A program made the position numbers and the translations under genes. Positions 42,142 to 45,730 of a DNA stretch of 45,730 nucleotides are shown piece by piece. This stretch comes from a virus. Within the stretch, counting starts at the first letter, position 1. Each line of letters opens with the position of its first letter. The stretch is from positions 1-45,730 of the IMG/VR virus record IMGVR_UViG_3300045988_115899; one strand, 5' to 3'. The notes under the pieces are model-generated. The model was not told where the DNA came from, made no database searches, and saw only the letters and a list, made by a program, of their open reading frames with translations.

Positions 42142-43521
42142 TTATTGTTCTGTGTACTCTTCAATTTGTAGGCTTTCCTGCCCTCTCTTGACGTTCTCAA
42201 TAAAGCCTTGAAAGTCGTTGGCTTTCGCAACGTCAAGTATCGCTTTAAGACGCTTTGCGCCTAAGCTCTCACCACGTGCAATACGGAACACCTTAACCGT
42301 TGGGTTGGCTGCTATTACCAACTTCGTTGCAACTTCCATTTTTTGGCTGTCGCTTACAACGCCGTCCATAAATGGCAGCCCATTAAGCGTTAAGCCCTCA
42401 TCAGAGAACGAAAGCCCCTTTATTGGCAAGTTGGCATTTTCAATAATGCCTTTATGCTCTTTCTGCAAGTCGCTCACCTCGTCGCCTAACTCATCGTATT
42501 TGCGCTCTGTGGCTTTTAGGTCGGCTTTACGCTTTTGGTACTCCTCGACCTTTGCTACTTTTTCGTTGTGTGCCTGCGCTGCTTCAAAGTTACTTGTTGC
42601 GTCCTCGCCTCCTTGCGTCTTTTCGTATTCAGCAAGCCACGCTTCGCAATTTTGTTTTCTCTTCTCGGCTTCCTTGCGTTTATCTTCAATTTGATATAAC
42701 GCTTCGTTCATAGCATTGCCAGCTTCATCAAGTGCTTTTTGGTAAGCCTGCCTTGCTTCTTCTAATTTACCCTTTGCCTCTGCAACTGCTTCCTCATAGC
42801 TATTTTTGACTTTCTCCAAGTCTTGTGGCACTTCGTTAAGCTGTTTGTTGCGCTCCTCCAACTTTTCACGTACAACCTTTGCCTGCGCGTCAAGCTCGGC
42901 ACGCTCCTGCTGCTTTTGCAGCATTTCGGAAACGTCGATGCGCTCCGTGTACTTCTTTTCGTCGCCCACTTCCAACGCTTCCTTTGCTGTTTTCACCTGC
43001 GTTGTGAACGTCTTAATATCTCGGTTGAGGTCGGTGCGTTCGGCTTTCTTTGCCTTTACCGCCTCTTCAATTTCAAATAGACGTTCTTGCGCCTCTTTAG
43101 GCAACAAGCTCTTTACTACGTCTATTTGCTTTCTTCGTCCCTCTGCTGTTTCGCTCCAGTTGCAGAACTCGACGGCGTCAAAGTTTTGATAACCGAAAAG
43201 CTGTTGCAAGAATGAAACGTTACCACTTTGTACGCCCTCCCCCTTGATACTCAATGTACCTCGTGGGTTGGCTTTGGTAAAGGTTAGCTTTACTTCATAC
43301 TCTTTGTTGTCATCGCCAACAACCATACGTGCAAAGCCCTTTTCTTCTCCAGCTCGTAACACCGCATCACGCTCACCCGTGAGAAGTGCTCCTATTGCCT
43401 TTAGAACTGTGGACTTGCCCAGCTCGTTATCACCAGTTATAAAGTAAATGTTGCCCTCAAAATCGGCGTCAAAATCTTTAATAACTTGGAAGTTTCTCAA
43501 CTCTAATTGTTTTACTCTCAT
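42142..43521 (-). CDS. Rad50/SbcC/RecF-like P-loop ATPase with central coiled coil (459 aa)
   Basis: N-terminal LELRNFQVIKD...ITGDNELGKSTVLKAI (Walker A), ~200 aa of coiled coil, then C-terminal SDSQK (signature-like) and VFRIARGESLG (atypical Walker B). Confidence 0.65.
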   Translation of the reverse strand: MRVKQLELRNFQVIKDFDADFEGNIYFITGDNELGKSTVLKAIGALLTGERDAVLRAGEEKGFARMVVGDDNKEYEVKLTFTKANPRGTLSIKGEGVQSGNVSFLQQLFGYQNFDAVEFCNWSETAEGRRKQIDVVKSLLPKEAQERLFEIEEAVKAKKAERTDLNRDIKTFTTQVKTAKEALEVGDEKKYTERIDVSEMLQKQQERAELDAQAKVVREKLEERNKQLNEVPQDLEKVKNSYEEAVAEAKGKLEEARQAYQKALDEAGNAMNEALYQIEDKRKEAEKRKQNCEAWLAEYEKTQGGEDATSNFEAAQAHNEKVAKVEEYQKRKADLKATERKYDELGDEVSDLQKEHKGIIENANLPIKGLSFSDEGLTLNGLPFMDGVVSDSQKMEVATKLVIAANPTVKVFRIARGESLGAKRLKAILDVAKANDFQGFIENVKRGQESLQIEEYTEQ

Positions 43522-43537
43522 AATTTGTTGATTTTAA

Positions 43538-43554
43538 GGCGGCAATACACCGCC
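43538..43554 (-). other. 5'-leader GC-clamp hairpin with UGUAUUG loop
   Basis: Minus strand ggcgg-tgtattg-ccgcc. Lies between P4 and ATG 43521. Confidence 0.5.
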
Positions 43555-43596
43555 GTTGTTGATATTTTGTTTTTAACTCTCTTTCTTAATACGATG

Positions 43597-43636
43597 CAAA
43601 TATAAGCACTTATTTTTAATAACCAAAACTTTTACC
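43597..43636 (-). promoter_or_regulatory. Bacteroidota-type promoter P4
   Basis: Minus strand GGTAAAAGTTTTG-N19-TATATTTG. Confidence 0.55.
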
Positions 43637-43943
43637 TATTTATTTTTAGTTTTTGCACTTTTTTACTAAAAATGGTTAGTTGGCTGTTGAAAAAGCGATT
43701 TATTATATCGTCTATCTCTTTTTCTTGCCTCTCTTTCACATCTTGCAAGCCACCGAAGCGGCTATCCCGTCTTTGCGTGTGTCGCAACTGGCGCACCTTG
43801 TTCATAAAGTCGGCAAATGTTAGCAGGCTACTATCGCCTTGCACCTGTGCGCCCTCCATTATGTTGCGGCATAAATTTTGTAATTCGTTCTGCTTTATAG
43901 CGTCAAACGTGTTTACCTGCTGTGCTATCGTCTTTCTTCTCAT
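43632..43943 (-). CDS. Hypothetical protein (103 aa)
   Basis: Start trimmed to MRRK (ATG 43943), 1 nt after the RuvC-like stop. The ORF-track start would overlap the resolvase by 80 nt. Confidence 0.55.
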   Translation of the reverse strand: MRRKTIAQQVNTFDAIKQNELQNLCRNIMEGAQVQGDSSLLTFADFMNKVRQLRHTQRRDSRFGGLQDVKERQEKEIDDIINRFFNSQLTIFSKKVQKLKINR

Positions 43944-43944
43944 A

Positions 43945-44502
43945 CTAAAAAAGGCTATTGCGTGTTCTCTCGGGCAAATTTTCAAGCACCCACGATAAAT
44001 TGTTTTGTAACATATAGCGTCCAAAGTGCATTATGAGTATAGCGTCAGCGTTCCACAACGTTGTATTTACAATAGGGTACAACTTGCGAGCAACTTCTTT
44101 GTATCTTTTTTTTCTTTCGCTCTTTTCCTCTCCTTTGATACGTAGCTTTAGTGCGCTTTGCCATTTAGACGGGTGAACAAGCACAAAAGGTATATCCAAC
44201 AACTCTAACACCGCCTTTATTTCCGTTAGGTTCGCCAACATCTTCTGAATACGAAAAATTTTAGGGTTGAACTCACCCTCTGACGCCCTCACATCATCGG
44301 GTCTAACGCTTAATTTTTCCACAAATACAATAGGCTTTGAAATGCCTTTGTAATGTTGTAATATATCCCTCAAGCCGTAAATATCCTTTGGCATACGTAT
44401 GCATTCAGGCTTATCCTTTGGACGATAAATACAAATACCACCATTACTAACGCCCGGGTCTATTGCGATAACGCAATTAATTTTCATTTTCTTTTCTTCC
44501 AT
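43945..44502 (-). CDS. RuvC-like Holliday junction resolvase (185 aa)
   Basis: N-terminal VIAIDPGVSNGG is the RNase H-fold first catalytic Asp motif (I-G-I-D-P-G). Size and recombination context fit. Confidence 0.55.
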   Translation of the reverse strand: MEEKKMKINCVIAIDPGVSNGGICIYRPKDKPECIRMPKDIYGLRDILQHYKGISKPIVFVEKLSVRPDDVRASEGEFNPKIFRIQKMLANLTEIKAVLELLDIPFVLVHPSKWQSALKLRIKGEEKSERKKRYKEVARKLYPIVNTTLWNADAILIMHFGRYMLQNNLSWVLENLPERTRNSLF

Positions 44503-44513
44503 ATCTTTTGTTT

Positions 44514-44681
44514 TTATTTATATCCTTTTTTCAAATTTTGTAGCTTCTTCCCGTCCATAGGGCAGAACTCACCAACAGCAGCAGCACCCTCTTTCAGACC
44601 AAAGCCGCAACTCTGAACATCACACCTACTGCCAAAGGTGGGGTTGTAACCATACTTACACTTTACACATCTACGCTTCAT
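44514..44681 (-). CDS. Small cysteine-rich protein (55 aa), not in the ORF track
   Basis: My translation: MKRRCVKCKYGYNPTFGSRCDVQSCGFGLKEGAAAVGEFCPMDGKKLQNLKKGYK. Confidence 0.4.
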   Translation of the reverse strand: MKRRCVKCKYGYNPTFGSRCDVQSCGFGLKEGAAAVGEFCPMDGKKLQNLKKGYK

Positions 44682-44699
44682 TACTATCACATTTTGTTT

Positions 44700-45730
44700 T
44701 TACAATTTACTAAGCCATTGCTCATAAATACTTTTTGCAACTTGGTACATCATCAAAGGGGGTACGCTCATTCCACACACGTAATAAGGCTTTACGTTCA
44801 AAAAATTATAATCTCGTGGAAACGTTGAGGCTTTTATTATTTCGCTATTGGTAAGGTAACGAGGTTCATAAGGCGACACACAGCACTCTATATGTGCCGT
44901 AAGTGTGGGCAATACGTTTTCTTTGTAAACATAATTACACCCATAATAAGCGTGACCGTCAAATAGTTTTCCATAAGCTACTGACATATCCTTATCGTCT
45001 TTACCTCTGTGCTCCCACAAATAAACACTCTTTTTAGGCAATTTGTTTTCCAACACTCCACTATCCATTATTTCAGAATATTTTACCTCTCTTTCGCTAA
45101 ACGCAAGCTCTATTTTTGGAACTTGTGTAAACAAGTCTTTTTGCCACAAGAAAGGCGTTGCCAAATCTTTGCGCAAGCACAAGAAAAACACACGCTCACG
45201 GCGTTGTGGAACACCCATATTTGAGGCGTTAAGCAAAAAGTGTTGGCAATAATAGCCCGCCTTATCAAATTGCTCGTATATCTTACGCAAATAATCTTTT
45301 GCGTTACCCAACAAAAGCCCTTTCACGTTTTCAGCAACAACAACTTTTGGCTGTAATTCTTTTGCCAAATCTATGAAGTCAAAGAAAAGAGTATCAAGCA
45401 CTTGTTTTTGCTGCCCCTCTTTAAATTTCTTTTCCTTGCCCCAATCTTTTTCCCTATTGCCAGCCATTGAAAAGCTGCTACAAGGTGGTGAGCCGTCCAA
45501 TATATCTAAATTGTAAAGCTCTAATGGCAAATCTTTTCGCTTTTTGAACTCTTGAATAGGCTCTAAATAGGCGTGTTTTGGCTTATGGTTCTCTATATAA
45601 ATAGACATCATACGCTTATCTATTTCATTGCAACCTACAACGTCATAACCTGCTAATTTATAGCCCATTGTACTGCCCCCCCCGCAGGCAAAGCAACTGA
45701 ATACCTTGCCTTTATCTTTTGTAAACGCCG
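44700..45730 (-). CDS. DNA (cytosine-5)-methyltransferase, main body (open to the window edge; the true ATG is at 92 after circular wrap; full length 355 aa)
   Basis: Motif IV GSPPCSSFSMAG, motif VI VAENVKGLL, motif VIII PQRRERVFF. The frame stays open upstream of M at 45668 and encodes motif I across the junction. Confidence 0.9.
   Translation of the reverse strand, partial: AFTKDKGKVFSCFACGGGSTMGYKLAGYDVVGCNEIDKRMMSIYIENHKPKHAYLEPIQEFKKRKDLPLELYNLDILDGSPPCSSFSMAGNREKDWGKEKKFKEGQQKQVLDTLFFDFIDLAKELQPKVVVAENVKGLLLGNAKDYLRKIYEQFDKAGYYCQHFLLNASNMGVPQRRERVFFLCLRKDLATPFLWQKDLFTQVPKIELAFSEREVKYSEIMDSGVLENKLPKKSVYLWEHRGKDDKDMSVAYGKLFDGHAYYGCNYVYKENVLPTLTAHIECCVSPYEPRYLTNSEIIKASTFPRDYNFLNVKPYYVCGMSVPPLMMYQVAKSIYEQWLSKL
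45676..45730. repeat. Terminal overlap, identical to 1..55
   Basis: Exact 55/55 identity read from the sequence. Confidence 0.9.

Noticed and set aside
1-45730. Lysogeny module, DGR, CRISPR array and tRNA genes.
   Set aside because: I could recognise no tyrosine/serine recombinase signatures, no YxDD reverse-transcriptase motif with a template/variable repeat pair near the fibre genes, no repeat-spacer array and no tRNA-like structures. This absence is judged by eye only.

Overview
The window is a complete, circularly closed tailed dsDNA phage genome. The first and last 55 bp are identical, giving a unique length of 45,675 bp, and joining the ends restores an intact cytosine-5 DNA methyltransferase gene. 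All credible genes (about 70) are on the minus strand. The plus-strand ORFs in the track are antisense shadows. TTTG-N19-TAnnTTTG promoters, the absence of Shine-Dalgarno sequences and A-rich leaders before the ATGs suggest a Bacteroidota host (inference). In transcription order (high to low coordinates, wrapping through the junction) the genome contains: (1) an early replication/recombination module with a Rep initiator carrying internal iterons, C5-MTase, RuvC-like resolvase, Rad50/SbcC-like ATPase, DnaQ-like exonuclease, HNH, SSB, ASCH, a ParB-fused MTase and a GNAT; (2) a TerS-like gene; (3) a 2.5-kb island of small genes that includes a dsRBD protein; (4) TerL; (5) a ~21-kb late operon with portal, scaffold, capsid, a 1285-aa tape measure, fibres and a lysis cassette; (6) a self-contained 5-gene accessory operon with DUF3560-like and transglutaminase-like proteins; (7) an early operon with a Zn-ribbon protein, an XRE-HTH protein and a PD-(D/E)XK nuclease. 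I recognised no integrase, CI-type repressor, tRNA, CRISPR array, reverse transcriptase, DNA polymerase, helicase or primase. All functional calls come from motifs read by eye, with no database search, so the many 'hypothetical' calls are genuine unknowns. The best candidates for something new are the insulated accessory operon (5049..7445), the dsRBD-containing island that splits the terminase genes, the acr/aca-like module at 4269..5012, the terminator-guarded Rep leader, and a family of GC-clamp hairpins with conserved loops placed 9-21 nt upstream of start codons.
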